A stretch of 64,000 nt of DNA from Centroscyllium fabricii (taxonomy: Eukaryota): positions 317,750,001 to 317,814,000 of the forward strand of contig JBNRSN020000004.1 in the NCBI GenBank assembly GCA_051313645.2. The letters run 5' to 3'. The position numbers and the translations under genes were made by a program. Below, one piece after another: positions 50,916 through 62,744 of the stretch (position 1 is the first letter of the stretch; every line of letters starts with the position of its first letter). The notes under the pieces are model-generated. The model searched no databases. It had not been told where the DNA came from and saw only the letters and a list, made by a program, of their open reading frames with translations.

Positions 50916-53900
50916 CTCTCTGGACTGGATTTTCCCGGGTCCCACCCACATGGTGCGGGGGGACTTGGGAGACGGCAGGAAACTCAAAGTGGAATTTCCC
51001 GGCGTGCTGTGGAGATTTAACTGTACAGCGTGCATGCGACGTTGGGGCGAGTTCACCACATGGAAGTTGGCTTGATTGACAGGCTGGCTTCCAGTCGTGC
51101 GGGGGATTCGGAGAAGGAGGTCGCGGGACAAGGTAAGTGCTGGGCCCAGAATTGGGGGGGGTGGTGCGGGGTGAGTGGCTCACGAGCAGTAGTGTGCCAC
51201 TACAATTTGAACTTTGCTTCCTTGGCTATAAAGCAGAAAAACACGCCAGTGTTTTCGCTCCAAGCACATGTTGATTAAAGGGCATATTCAGTAATCCTGT
51301 CCTCATGGGCATGGAGCCTCAGTTGATGGGAGTGTGGGTCGGGGAATTGCAACTGCAGTGTTGTTGTGCCATCTCCGACCTGCAGTTCCATCTAGCGAAG
51401 CTCCGTGCTGACTGCCCTGCAGAGTAAGGGCAGGCTTGGACTCAGCTGTAAGGACCTCCAAAGTGGAATAGTTAGCCAACAAGCATATTGTACTTGAGTG
51501 ACACGTACTAGAGAGCCAGGGCTGCCCTTGCAACCCTGGCAAAGTTGGTGTAGCCTTGTTCAGGAGAGATGGCATACAGATGGATAGTGGAATTGGAAGT
51601 GGAGAAAGGCAGTACAGACAACTACATCTTTAGTTCATAAGAACATAAAAAATAGAAGCAGGAGTAGGCCAATCGGCCCCTCGAGCCTGCTCCGCCATTC
51701 AACAAGATCATGGCTGACCTGATCCTAACCTCAAATCTACTTTCACTCTCCATCCCGCCCGAACCCATGTGATCCCCCGGGAGAGGCAAAAAACCAGACA
51801 AAAACCCAGTGGCCAATTTGGGAGAAAAAATCTGGGAAATTCTTCTCCGACCCATCTCGGCGATCGAAACTTGTCCAGGAGATCACATGGCCGATCTGCA
51901 TAATAGCACAAGGATGTCTGATTTAAATGATTTCCAAGTCTGTAGATTCATAGACATTCTGCGAATCCTTTTATCCTCTAGCTGTGCAGCAATATTTCAT
52001 TGGGGTTTGAATCATACATCAGAGACTAAATTGACTCTCAGTTTTATTAGTGAAGACTAAAGGTCTTAAATAAGAAATATTTTGTGCTATATAAAGTCAA
52101 TAATTAGTCATCCGTGTTCACTCAACCTGTCATATTAAATATGTATTTGCAGTATTATGCCCATTTATTTCAGTGATAAAAAATTAGCGTGAGAGATTTA
52201 GCACCATGAAATGCTTGACTGGACAAATTAGAATCCCAATATTAATTTCTGCAGATTTTGGTATTGCTTTGTCATGGAATTGTCAGGTAGGACACGTTTC
52301 ACATCAGCATTCCTTCCCGCACTGATTGATTTCCAATTTCAAGTCTCGAGACACTTTTTCCCATAGGGAGGATGGGATGGTTGAAGGGAATGTCAAATCA
52401 AGCAGCTGCCAAGTATCAGCCAAGGCTAATTGTAGAGCAATGTTGGTCACAGTCGGAGGACAGGCCACCTGTCTGCTCTTTCAGCTGGAAACGGATTTAT
52501 ATTGAGGGGGTTGAGAGGTAATTTGAAGAATTGGTATCAATACATATAAATTGAGATTGTGGGGAAATCAAAACTCCATTAGTTCACAGCTTTGGGCCTA
52601 AGGACTGAGGTTTTGCTTGGCTCATATGTGCCCTTGGTCCTGAATGGTTTCCCATTGTCCTGCAGCTTGTGTGTGCTTTTCCTCTCTCCAGTGCACTTTC
52701 ATCAATGACTGCATTTTCTTACCACTAACAGTTTATCTTACCTGAGGGTTTAGAGTTACATAAATGAATACAACTCAGTTGTTGAACTGCCTTTTCTCAT
52801 TGATAATTCCACCAGATGTTCTCTTAATCAAATGGGGAAAAAAATGGTGCAAGGTTTATAGACTACCTCGCCACTGCTGGCACATGCAGCGTTAATTTTG
52901 TCATACGGGAGAAACAGCTTTAGATTCACTTGCGAGTTATGCGCCAGGACCCAGTGAGTTACTTTACCTAGTGCCATTCTAAATTCTTACAAATAATTCA
53001 ATGAAGGAATGATGAAATAAAACCTGCGAAAAATGGCTTTCACAGCTCGGGGTGCTTCTATACAGGGTTTGTTTCTATATGAAGCAGGAAATAATTCTGC
53101 AGGAAGTAATACATTTAAGAGCATTAATCTCTCTTCCTGTCCCCCTAACCGCCCCCCCCCAATATTCATGATCCCCTACTAACAACTGTTCTGTAATTTG
53201 CACTGTTTGTCAGTGCAACATGCAGTCTTACTTGAAGCCTTGTTTATTTTATCTGTTTGCTTGTGAACGGCCTGTTGAGGCGATGCTGGAGTGCCTGTTC
53301 CCGGAGAAGAAGCATTCAGTTACTTCTATCCACACCTAGCTCCAGCCAGGTTCTTATTAGATGATTGTTCAGAATGGCAGTCAACCGTGACTCTCCTCTC
53401 CCCTGGACCCAAAATGGGTGGCTGTGGGAGTATGCAGTCTAAATAATGAGCTGCACGACCTGTACAGTTTGAATAGATTTTTTAAACTTCCAAAAAATCA
53501 TGATGCTGTGTCCCCAAAACCCCTCTCCACCATACACATCTGTAGTAATGTGATCTGGTGTCTTCCAGACAGTAAGTGAAACTGTGAATGTGTTTGTAGT
53601 AAATGAGACCAGGGTAAATATTAAATCATGCCAAGTTATATAAATTGCATGTTATTGGCACTATGTTACAACACTTCATTTTTTTTAGCTTTGTTTGTAA
53701 CCGGTCAAGTAATGATTACTTGGTTAACAGTTATGCAAATGAGAGATGCCATGGAATGAAACTGTGCAATAATGAAACAAAATAGATCAGTTTAAGACTG
53801 ACCTTTCACATTAGAAGTTTGCTCTAGAATGGAATTTATGATTTATGTTTTGGAACATCTGGATCTACTTAATTTGTTCATCCCTGTGATGAGTATTCAA

Positions 53901-54773
53901 AATTTGGTTTTAGGAATGGTGTTGAGTGAAATTCAGACAGCCAAACCACAGATTATATAAGCCAAACTACCACCAATACCGTTAGAAATGTTTCAAAATT
54001 CACATAAGTACCGGGCCAATTAACTGTCGTCAACCTTTGATAGTCTCTGATCAGTCTGGCAGATACAGATGATTTTGTCCATCTTCCTCTGATCTGTGCT
54101 ATGAAGCCCTTTCAGCTACCCCACCAAATCATTAAACAAAAGTTGATCCACTATAATGGCAGACAATCGCATACGTGGGCATTTAATGTTAAATGCATTT
54201 GTTTGAGGAATATTCAGAATCAAATTATTGGCAGAAATCTATCAGCAAATCATCAGGAGCCAACCCTTAAATAAGCTTGTCTTTAACGTTTTTTTCCCCC
54301 ATTACTTTTGTATATGCAAATTCCAAGGACAGAATTTTGTATTTTTCTTAAAATGCTGCGAGTTGTATTACCCATTTAGTTAAAGTTACTTCAGTGCGCG
54401 CACACTTAGCCACAGAGCCATGGCTGCAGGCACTTTGTTATGCCCATAGTTTGTGCTTGAGAGATTAGAGCTTTGAACCTAGATGATGATCTTCCTCACT
54501 AGTGCCTATATTTGATCAGGTTCTCGATCTCATTGTGCATTAGCTGAGGGCAAAATAGTGGCAAGTTTAGCATCAAATGTAAGTTTTATCTCTGAGCACC
54601 AGTGATTGAACATTCAGCAAATGTGCTGTGACTGTATTGTCAAGGCACTGCAGGGGGAGCCAGATTTACTGCTGACGTCATACCTTTTGAGTGTTTATTT
54701 CTGTTACTGGATATGGAGCAGAAAAACATCAAGTATATACTCTGCTCTACGTGAGAAGTTAAATAAAAATTAT

Positions 54774-55182
54774 GGGTGGCACGGTGGCTCAGTGGTTAGC
54801 ACTGTTGCCTTACAGCACTAGAGACTCGGGTTCAAATCCAGCCTCGGGCACTCTCTGTGTGGAGTTTGCACATTCTCCCCGTGTCTGCGTGGGTTTCCTC
54901 CGGGTGCTCCGGTTTCTTCCCACAGTCCAAAGATGTGCGGGTTAGGTTGATTGGCCATGATAAATTGACCCTTAGTGTCAGTGGGATTGAATATGTGGGG
55001 TTACGGGGATGGGGTGGGATATGTGTCGGTGCAGGCTCGATAGGGATCGAGCGATATGGGGACAAGGCAGGGACAGGGTACTGGGTTTGGATGATCAGCC
55101 ATGATCTCATTGAATGGCGGAGCAGGCTCGAAGGGCCGAATGGCCTACTCCGGCTCCTATCTTCTATGTCTATGTTTCTATG
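54774..55182 (+). mobile_element. Full-length HE1-like V-SINE
   Basis: A box TGGCTCAGTGG, B box GGTTCAAATCC, V domain, CR1 tail ending in TCTATG repeats. Confidence 0.93.
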
Positions 55183-55324
55183 TAAACCGAGGAGGTTTAT
55201 AATGACAGTTTAGTAAAAATAATTTTTCTTTAACTTTACAAATAGAGTAAAATATACTGCCTTGTTCCATACCTGTCTTGAACACATTCACCAACCAACT
55301 AAGCAACAAACTTACAACATGCTA

Positions 55325-55505
55325 TATATCCTTCATCGTCGCTGGGCCAAACTCCTGGAACGCCCTCCCTAACAGCACTGTGGGAGCACCTTCACTACAT
55401 GGACTGCAGCAGTTCAAGAAGGCAGCTCACCACCACCTTCTCGAGGGCAACTAGGGATGGGCAATAAATGCTGGCCTTGCCAGCGACCCCCACATCCCAT
55501 AAATT
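55325..55505 (+). mobile_element. LINE (L2/CR1 group) 3' end
   Basis: Translates FIVAGPNSWNALPNSTVG..FKKAAHHHLLEGN* followed by a short tail. Confidence 0.7.
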
Positions 55506-56774
55506 TTAAAAAATGTAGTCTCAACTTTCCTACATGTGTGAATGTTACTTGTCGTCCAGTAGACCATTGATTAATCTTTTTGTAATTAAGCCATTTTAGT
55601 AGTAAGTGAAACATGCAGGAACTGTTTCATTTCTCTTTCCCCCCCCCCCCCCCCCGCAACATGGCCTTTGATTAATCCAGTGCATATCCAGTTAGGGAGA
55701 ATACACAGACACTAATCCAAAACCAATATAGTGGGAACAAACAGGAGCATCGCTGGTTTTATCATCTATAATTCAGCATTCTTGTCTCTTAAGTTTGCAT
55801 TAAATGTTGATTTTGCCAGTGAGTACAATACTAACATTCTACTGTTCATATTTTAAAGGGGCAGTATTTTAATAGGCGTATATTTGTATGTGAATACAGA
55901 ACTTTCCCCCTGAGGCTCGAACTGTCTGGAAAGCAAAAGCTTAAGTTAATGACAAGCTATTGTAGGCTGTCTGTTGGTGCGTGAAAGCTGAGCATTATAC
56001 AAGGACCTATGTGTGAGGTTTTGATGAATGCATTATTAAACGGAGCTTCTGAAGACTTGAACTGTTCAGAAATTCAGTGGCACCAGCTGGCACCTCTCTA
56101 CATGAAGTGAAGGGTGGAAACGCAAGGATGACCTACTTGGCTCTGTCAATTGAAAAAGCTTTAATTAACTTGTGTGGAATCCACTACAGAAATGAAATTT
56201 GCAATATACAGTGTCCTCGACTAAGTATTAAATTGCGTAACACTGCATAATTTTCCATTGTTTCTTATTAATGTCTGTATTCATTCTATCAGTGTTACCT
56301 TTTAAAATCAATCTTGACAAGCTTTCATTATTGTGTGCTGCGAGGTGTGAAATGTTCGGGTTTATACTTAATCACTTGATATTTTCTATGACTAAGCTGA
56401 CGTTTAGTTTCTATTTTCTAGAACTTTTTTTTAGCACAGTATACTGATTTTTGCCTCAAGAATTTAGCATTTGTAGGTTCATGACTAATTCCACAAAGGT
56501 TAGCCCATTACTATTCATTAAGCCAATGGAATAGCTTTAACTAAACTGTTCATTCTTTCGAATGTAGGTGTGTAATACGATTAACCTGTACAGCTTTGCA
56601 ATTCTGTAATTAGCATCAACCAAACTGTGTTACGTGTGCTTGGAACCTATGCAACACTCATTTTGTTATATAACAAAATAAATCACAATGATGTGAAGAT
56701 GATTTATAATTCTGTTTTGATTAAGTAATAAATATACCTTGGCAGTCACATTTTGTTTGTATTATATTTCCAAT

Positions 56775-57482
56775 GGGCCCTGTTTTCCTGTGCTCCAGAA
56801 GAGCTGCACCCCCACGAAGGGGGGTCAGAAATGCCTCGTGGGGGTGCAGCTCGGGTGATTACCAGAAACGTGAACTTCCTGTGCTGATGGGCAAGGGGCT
56901 TCAGCTTCCTACCCAGGAAGACTTTGAGCTGCAGACTTCCTGTAGGCAGCTGCTCAAAATGCGGGTGTATCACGTGGGGAAGTCTCTCTTTTGCTGCACA
57001 TATAAAAAGCAGTCTTAAGAGGCTGCAGGCAGCTTTGAGAAGTGAAAAAAACACGTTTAAAGTTTTTTAAAAATTGATTCCTTTGGAGATATTTGTCTGT
57101 GGTCTTTCAGCTTGTAAATGGGTAGGGTTTTATATCTTTTGGTGAAAGTGAAAAAAAACGGGGATTTGAACGCGATGTCAGCCGCTCTGATGGCAGAAAC
57201 TTAAAAAAACCAGCTTCCTAGAAACTGGAAAAAAAAGGTGCTTCCCTACCCGATCTTCTTCATCCTCAGGCCGATTCTGTGCTTTGTGCGGGGGTAAAGC
57301 CGACCTCAGTGGGCGTGGCTTGCACCCCGCACCAAAAAAAACACGACCCCTCCGAACGAAAAAAACCCGGCTTTTTGCACAGGAAGTTCACGTGACAGAA
57401 AAAAAAAAAATTATGTGCGCGTGCGCCGCGGGTGCACGTCAGCGCGCACCCGCAGCAATCGGGCCACAGGAAGACATGGCCC
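56775..57482. mobile_element. Harbinger-type MITE, inverted copy of 26190-27080 lacking one palindrome arm
   Basis: TIR GGGCCCTGTTTTCCTGTG / CACAGGAAGACATGGCCC, TSD AAT. Confidence 0.9.
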
Positions 57483-57826
57483 AATCTTCCTAGTACCTTT
57501 CCTCTGTCCCATGAACCAACCTGTACTCAATTTTCTCTCCAATTCTTAGTGCAGATATTGTTCTCCTCCCACTCCCACCCCCCTACAGAAACACTGAAAG
57601 CAAGTAGGTTAGTCGTCGAGCGCAAACTTACAATTTTCAGGCTAGCCGATTGTACTTTATGCTATAAAATCCAAGGAACTGTTTAGTGTTGAATGCATTG
57701 TTAAAATCAACTATTACGTCAGTCTAAGCTGTAAATTGTCAAACAGCAAAATTATCCAGATGTCCAAATGCGATTTGATTTTTTGAACCCACCCCCATTT
57801 TATTAATACTGTTTCACCTTTTAAAA

Positions 57827-57872
57827 CATTTTTGTTGTGTACAAGGTTCATTTTTGTTGTGTACAAGGTTCA
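57827..57872. repeat. Exact 22-bp tandem duplication
   Basis: CATTTTTGTTGTGTACAAGGTT occurs twice in a row. Confidence 0.9.
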
Positions 57873-58253
57873 CCCATCATTGTCCATATAAGATGCAATG
57901 GCACTCAGATGCATAGAAACTATCTAGAAAAGTTGTGTGGTACTAAGCATATACAGGGACAATGTTTAACCTGTTTTGGTGTGAATTCTGACTGCACAGT
58001 CTAGATTTGTACCAAGGAGTCATTGCTTTGTTTGATGTTGTACTACTCAAGGTGAGAGATGTTAATGTTGAGCAGAACATTTGCCATTTTGAACACCCAG
58101 TGCCAGTATCAAGCTTTTCTAGGTCAGGTTAGATGCACAATAAAGTTCCTGTATTCAATAATGTGCCTCAGTGTTTTTCCATTTCCCACACCCACCATTC
58201 TGTGACTTCTTTGAAGCACTTTTAACCTTGTGTGATTGCCATTAACTGCCGAT

Positions 58254-58507
58254 AACATAGCAACATAGAAGATAGGAGCAGGAGTAGGCCATTCGGCCCA
58301 TCGAGCCTGCTCCGCCATTCAATGAGATCATGGCTGATCATCCAAACCCAGTATCCTGTCCCTGCCTTGTCCCCATATCCCTCGATCCCTATCGAGCCTG
58401 CACCGACACATATCCCACCCTATCCCCGTAACCCCACATATTCAATCCCTCTAACACTAAGGGTCAATTTATCATGGCCAGTCAACCTTAACCCGCACAT
58501 CTTTGGA
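58254..58507 (-). mobile_element. 5'-truncated HE1-like V-SINE
   Basis: Near-identical to the reverse complement of the 3' part of 54774-55182. Confidence 0.9.
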
Positions 58508-59159
58508 TAAGCAGTTCTCCTGCAGTTAGCTATTGATTTCCTGTGATCTTGTGTTCTGCCATTGGACTACCTGGCTCCCGCTGTGACCTGTGAAGTCTGC
58601 TGAGTCAGTCGAATGCATCAGTGTACTTAAGCCATGTGCAGAACAGCGTGTTGATGGGAGGAAGCTGACACACAGAACTGACAGCGGCAACTGCGGGCCG
58701 ATCATGATGTTCACAGCCCAGGCCAAATCCAATTTTCTAAAAATAATTTCAGGGTCAATTCAAAGAAGAACAAGCTTTGTACTGGCATTTGTCTCTGCTG
58801 TCCTATAGGCCCATTTGATTTGTTTTCCTTCCTGTAGTTCAGAACCTTCAGCTGTATGACTCACCACAACACATACAGCTTTTACTGACCATCGGGGGAA
58901 GTAAATCTATTTTAAAGGATGGAATACAAAGTGGAAGAGATTTGCTTTATAATGCAGTCTTAAATCCAGTTTGATTAGAATTCATCAGGTGGCCATTTTG
59001 GCCAAAGGTCTTTTTGGGTGGCAAAACTAGGTGAACATCCCTAGTGTTGATTGGTTAACTGGTGTTAAGGTCAAACTCTTCATTCAGACCTTAACGTCAG
59101 TCAAGGATCTAAATCTCATCATTTGTAAACTGATGTGTTCTCACTTGAAAGCTATGCCA

Positions 59160-61745
59160 TCATAGAACATACAGCACTGTACAGGCCCTTGGGCCCTCAA
59201 TGTTGTGCCGCGCTTAGTCCGTCTCTGATTTTTCCTGTCCCCCCTACTCTTCTTTCCCCTCCATGTACCTATCTATCATCCTTTTAAAAGCTCCCAGACT
59301 GTCCGCATCCACTATTTCAGATGGTAGCCTATTCCACTCTCCGACCACTCTCTGTGTAAAGAACTTGCCCCTGCCATCCCTTCTGAATCTTCCTCCTTGA
59401 ATCTTGTGTTCGTGCCCTCTTGTTGTCATTCTTCCCACCCGGGGAAACAGTCTCTGCACGTTTACTCTATCGATCCCCTTCATCATCTTAAACATCTCTA
59501 TTAAGTCCCCCCTCTTCCTTCTCCGCTCCAGGGAGAAGATTCCCAGCTCCCTCAACCTCTCCTCGTACGACTTTCCCCCCATTCCCGGCAGCATCCTGGT
59601 GAATCTCCTCTGTACCCTCTCCAACGCCTCCACATCCCTCCTGTAGTACGGTGCCCAGAACTGCACACAGTACTCCAAGTGTGGTCTCACCAGTGACCTG
59701 TACAGCTGTAGCATGACCTCCCGGTTCTTAAACTCTATTCCCCTGTTGATGAAGGCCAATACACCATAGGCCTTTTTTACTGCCTTATCCACCTGGGTGG
59801 CAGCCTTCAATGATCTGTGTACATATACTCCCAGATCCCTTTGCTCCTCTGCTTTGCTCAGGACCCTGCCGTTGACCCTATATTCCCAACTCCTATTTGC
59901 CCTACCGAAGTGCATCACCTCGCATTTCCCCGTGTTGAACTCCATTTGCCATTCTTCAGCCCAACTCTGCATCCTATCTATATCCCTCTGAAGCCTTCTA
60001 CTTCCTTCCTCCTCGTCCACTACTCCCCCAATCTTTGTGTCATCTGCAAATTTGCTGACCCACCCCTCAGTCCCCTCCTCCAAGTCATTGATAAAGATTA
60101 CAAATAGTAGTGGCCCCAACACCGACCCCTGTGGCACCCCACTGGTGACCGGTCTCCAACCCGAGTATTGGCCCTCTACCACTACCCTCTGCTTTCTCTG
60201 AGCCAGCCAATTCTCAATCCATCCCACTACTTCTTTGTTTACCCCGCAACTCCTTACTTTCTTCATGAGTCGACAGTGCGGGACCTTGTCGAACGCCTTG
60301 CTGAAGTCCATATATATGACATCAACCGCCTTTCCCTCGTCCACACACTTGGTCACCTCCTCAAAGAATTCTATCAGGTTGGTCAGGCACGATTTGCCCT
60401 TAACAAATCCGTGCTGACTGCTCCTGATTAATTTGCCCCTTTCTAGATGGTCGTAGATCCTGTCCCTCAGGACCCTTTCCATCACCTTTCCGACCACCGA
60501 GGTAAGGCTGACTGGTCTGTAGTTCCCTGGCTCGTCCCTGCTCCCCTTTTTAAATATGGGAACCACATTCGCCTCTCTCCAGTCCTCAGGGACTATCCCC
60601 AAGGATAGCGAGGAACTAAAGATAGAGGTCAGTGGCTCTGCGATTTCGTTCCTCGCTTCCCAGAGAATCCTTGGATATATCCCGTCCGGCCCAGGAGATT
60701 TGTCTACCTTCAGTTTCTCCAAAATATCTAATACCTCCTCCCTCTGAATATTTACTTCTCCCATCCTTTCCCCTTGTATCTTGCACTCCTCCTCTACTTT
60801 TAGTCCCCTCTCCCTTGTGAACACGGACGCAAAATATTCATTTAGTGCTTCCCCAATTTCCTCTGACTCTGTGCACATTTCTCCCTTGCCGTCTTTGATC
60901 GGCCCTACTCTTATCCTAGTCATCCTTTTATTTCTTACGTAAGCATAGAAAGCCTTAGAGTTCTCCTTTATCCTTCCCGCTAATGCCCTTCCTTAGCCCA
61001 TTCTTCAGTTCTTTCCTTGCTTCTTTGTACTCCTTTCCCGCCCATGCTGTACCCTGCTTTCTCATTCTATCATATGCCTCCTTCTTCTTTACTAAATGTT
61101 CTACCTCTTTCGTTATCCATTGTTCTCTCATCTTTCCCTTGTTTCCCATCCTACTCGGGACATGCTTATCCAGGGCTTTCATAATTTGCTCCCTGAACAC
61201 TCTCCATTTTTCTTCCGTTCCCCTCCCAGCAAGTTCCCGTTCCCAATCGAGGTTAGCTAAATCCTGCCTAACCCTGTCGTAATTTCCCCTCCCCCAGCTG
61301 TATACCTTACCCTGCCTCATGCTCCTATCCTTCTCCATTACTATTGTGAACGTCACCGAGTTGTGGTCACTGTCCCCAAAGCGCTCCCTTACCCCCAGTT
61401 CTACCACTTGGCCTGGTTCATTTCCCAGAACCAGGTCCAAGGTTGCCCCTCCCCTTGTTGGTTCCTCCACGTATTGTGTCAGGAAACCTTCCTGCACGCA
61501 TTGTAAGAAAATCTCTCCATCTGCACTATTTGACCTACCTAGATTCCAGTCTATATTAGGGAAATTGAAATCTCCCATGATAACTACCCTATGTCCCCCA
61601 CATCTATCCATTATTTGTCGCGCAATTTCCTCCTCCACCTCCCTGTTACTATTTGGTGGTCTATAAAAGACTCCCACTAACGTTACCGCCACTTTCCTAT
61701 TTCTAAGCTCCGCCCATACTACCTCCGTACGTGTGTCCCCCTGTG
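59160..61745 (-). mobile_element. Young 5'-truncated CR1 LINE (ORF2 endonuclease and RT, one frameshift near 60990)
   Basis: ORF 60955..61692 has YRPP, GDFNFP, LDLV and SDH. ORF 59244..60923 has KSPGPDG, NYRPVSLTS, MDFSKAFD, GVPQGSVLGP and FADD. Short 3' UTR ends TATGTTCTATG. Confidence 0.96.
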
Positions 61746-62114
61746 TTTTTCATGTGCTTACATATGAAAGAACTAGCAATGTACCTGTATATGGTACGAT
61801 AAGCAAAAGTAACAGCTGACACTACAGTACATGAAGTATTAGAGGTAGAAGAAATAAAACAAATGACCAGAATCAGCTAAGTCAGAAATTTATTGTCCCA
61901 CAAGGCTAAGCCAACTTTAGTAAGGGTCTTGTCATTTCATTTTTATTTTTGTTCATGTTTAGGTCTTTCAAAGTCAGTCCTAAATCGTTGAATGCAACTT
62001 TTTTGTCTTGTCATTTAATGTTCACATGCTTCTTGCCATCTTCTGGTGACTTCAACTAACTCAAGAACATTTAACTTTCTTTGCAACAACACACCAGCCT
62101 TTTTAGGTTTCAAT

Positions 62115-62420
62115 AACAACAACTTGTATTTATAGTGCCTTTAACGTAGTAAAACATCCCAAGGCGCTTCACAGGAATGTTATAAAACAAAATTTGACAG
62201 CAAGTCACATAAGGAGATATTAGGGCAGATGACCGTAAACTCGACCAAAGAGGTAGGTTTTAAGGAGCTCCTTAAGGAGGAAAAAGAGGTGGTGAGGTTT
62301 AGGGAGGGAATTCCAGAGCTTAGGGCCTTGGCAATTGAAGGCATGGTCACCAATGGTGGAGCGATTAAAATTGGGGATGCTCAAGAGGCCAGAATTAGAG
62401 GAGCGCAGATACCTTGGGAG
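62115..62420 (-). mobile_element. L2 LINE 3' end
   Basis: Translates LRSSNSGLLSIP..IGDHAFNCQGPKLWNSLP..KELLKTYLF. Confidence 0.85.
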
Positions 62421-62457
62421 GGTTGTGGGCAATATTCCCTTTGTTGCCCTTCACAGC

Positions 62458-62707
62458 TAGAGTTGCCTGGTTGGACGTATTCCTGGAGGTTCCATCACAT
62501 GATCTCCAACCACTCGACCCAGTCAACAGCCTTTTTTCCCCATCTCCAATATTTTTATAACTAATAAATAAGTGGTTGAATAAAATGAAAGAAACTTTTT
62601 TTTATTGCCCCTATGATTTTTCTCCTGGGTTGCTCGCAGCAGTGTCCAGGAGATTAATCTTTAATTCCTGGAGACTCGAGGACAATCGTAGAGGGTTGGA
62701 AACCCTA
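62458..62707. mobile_element. hAT-type MITE, diverged
   Basis: Ends TAGAGTTGCC / GGAAACCCTA resemble TAGGGTTGCC TIRs; repeated CCTGGAG. Confidence 0.5.
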
Positions 62708-62744
62708 TTCAGAGTGGATATGGGGTCCATTTTAATGAGCAACT

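Noticed and set aside
54774-54850. tRNA gene
   Set aside because: A and B boxes are present but continue into a V-SINE body; the same holds for 13208 and 28470.
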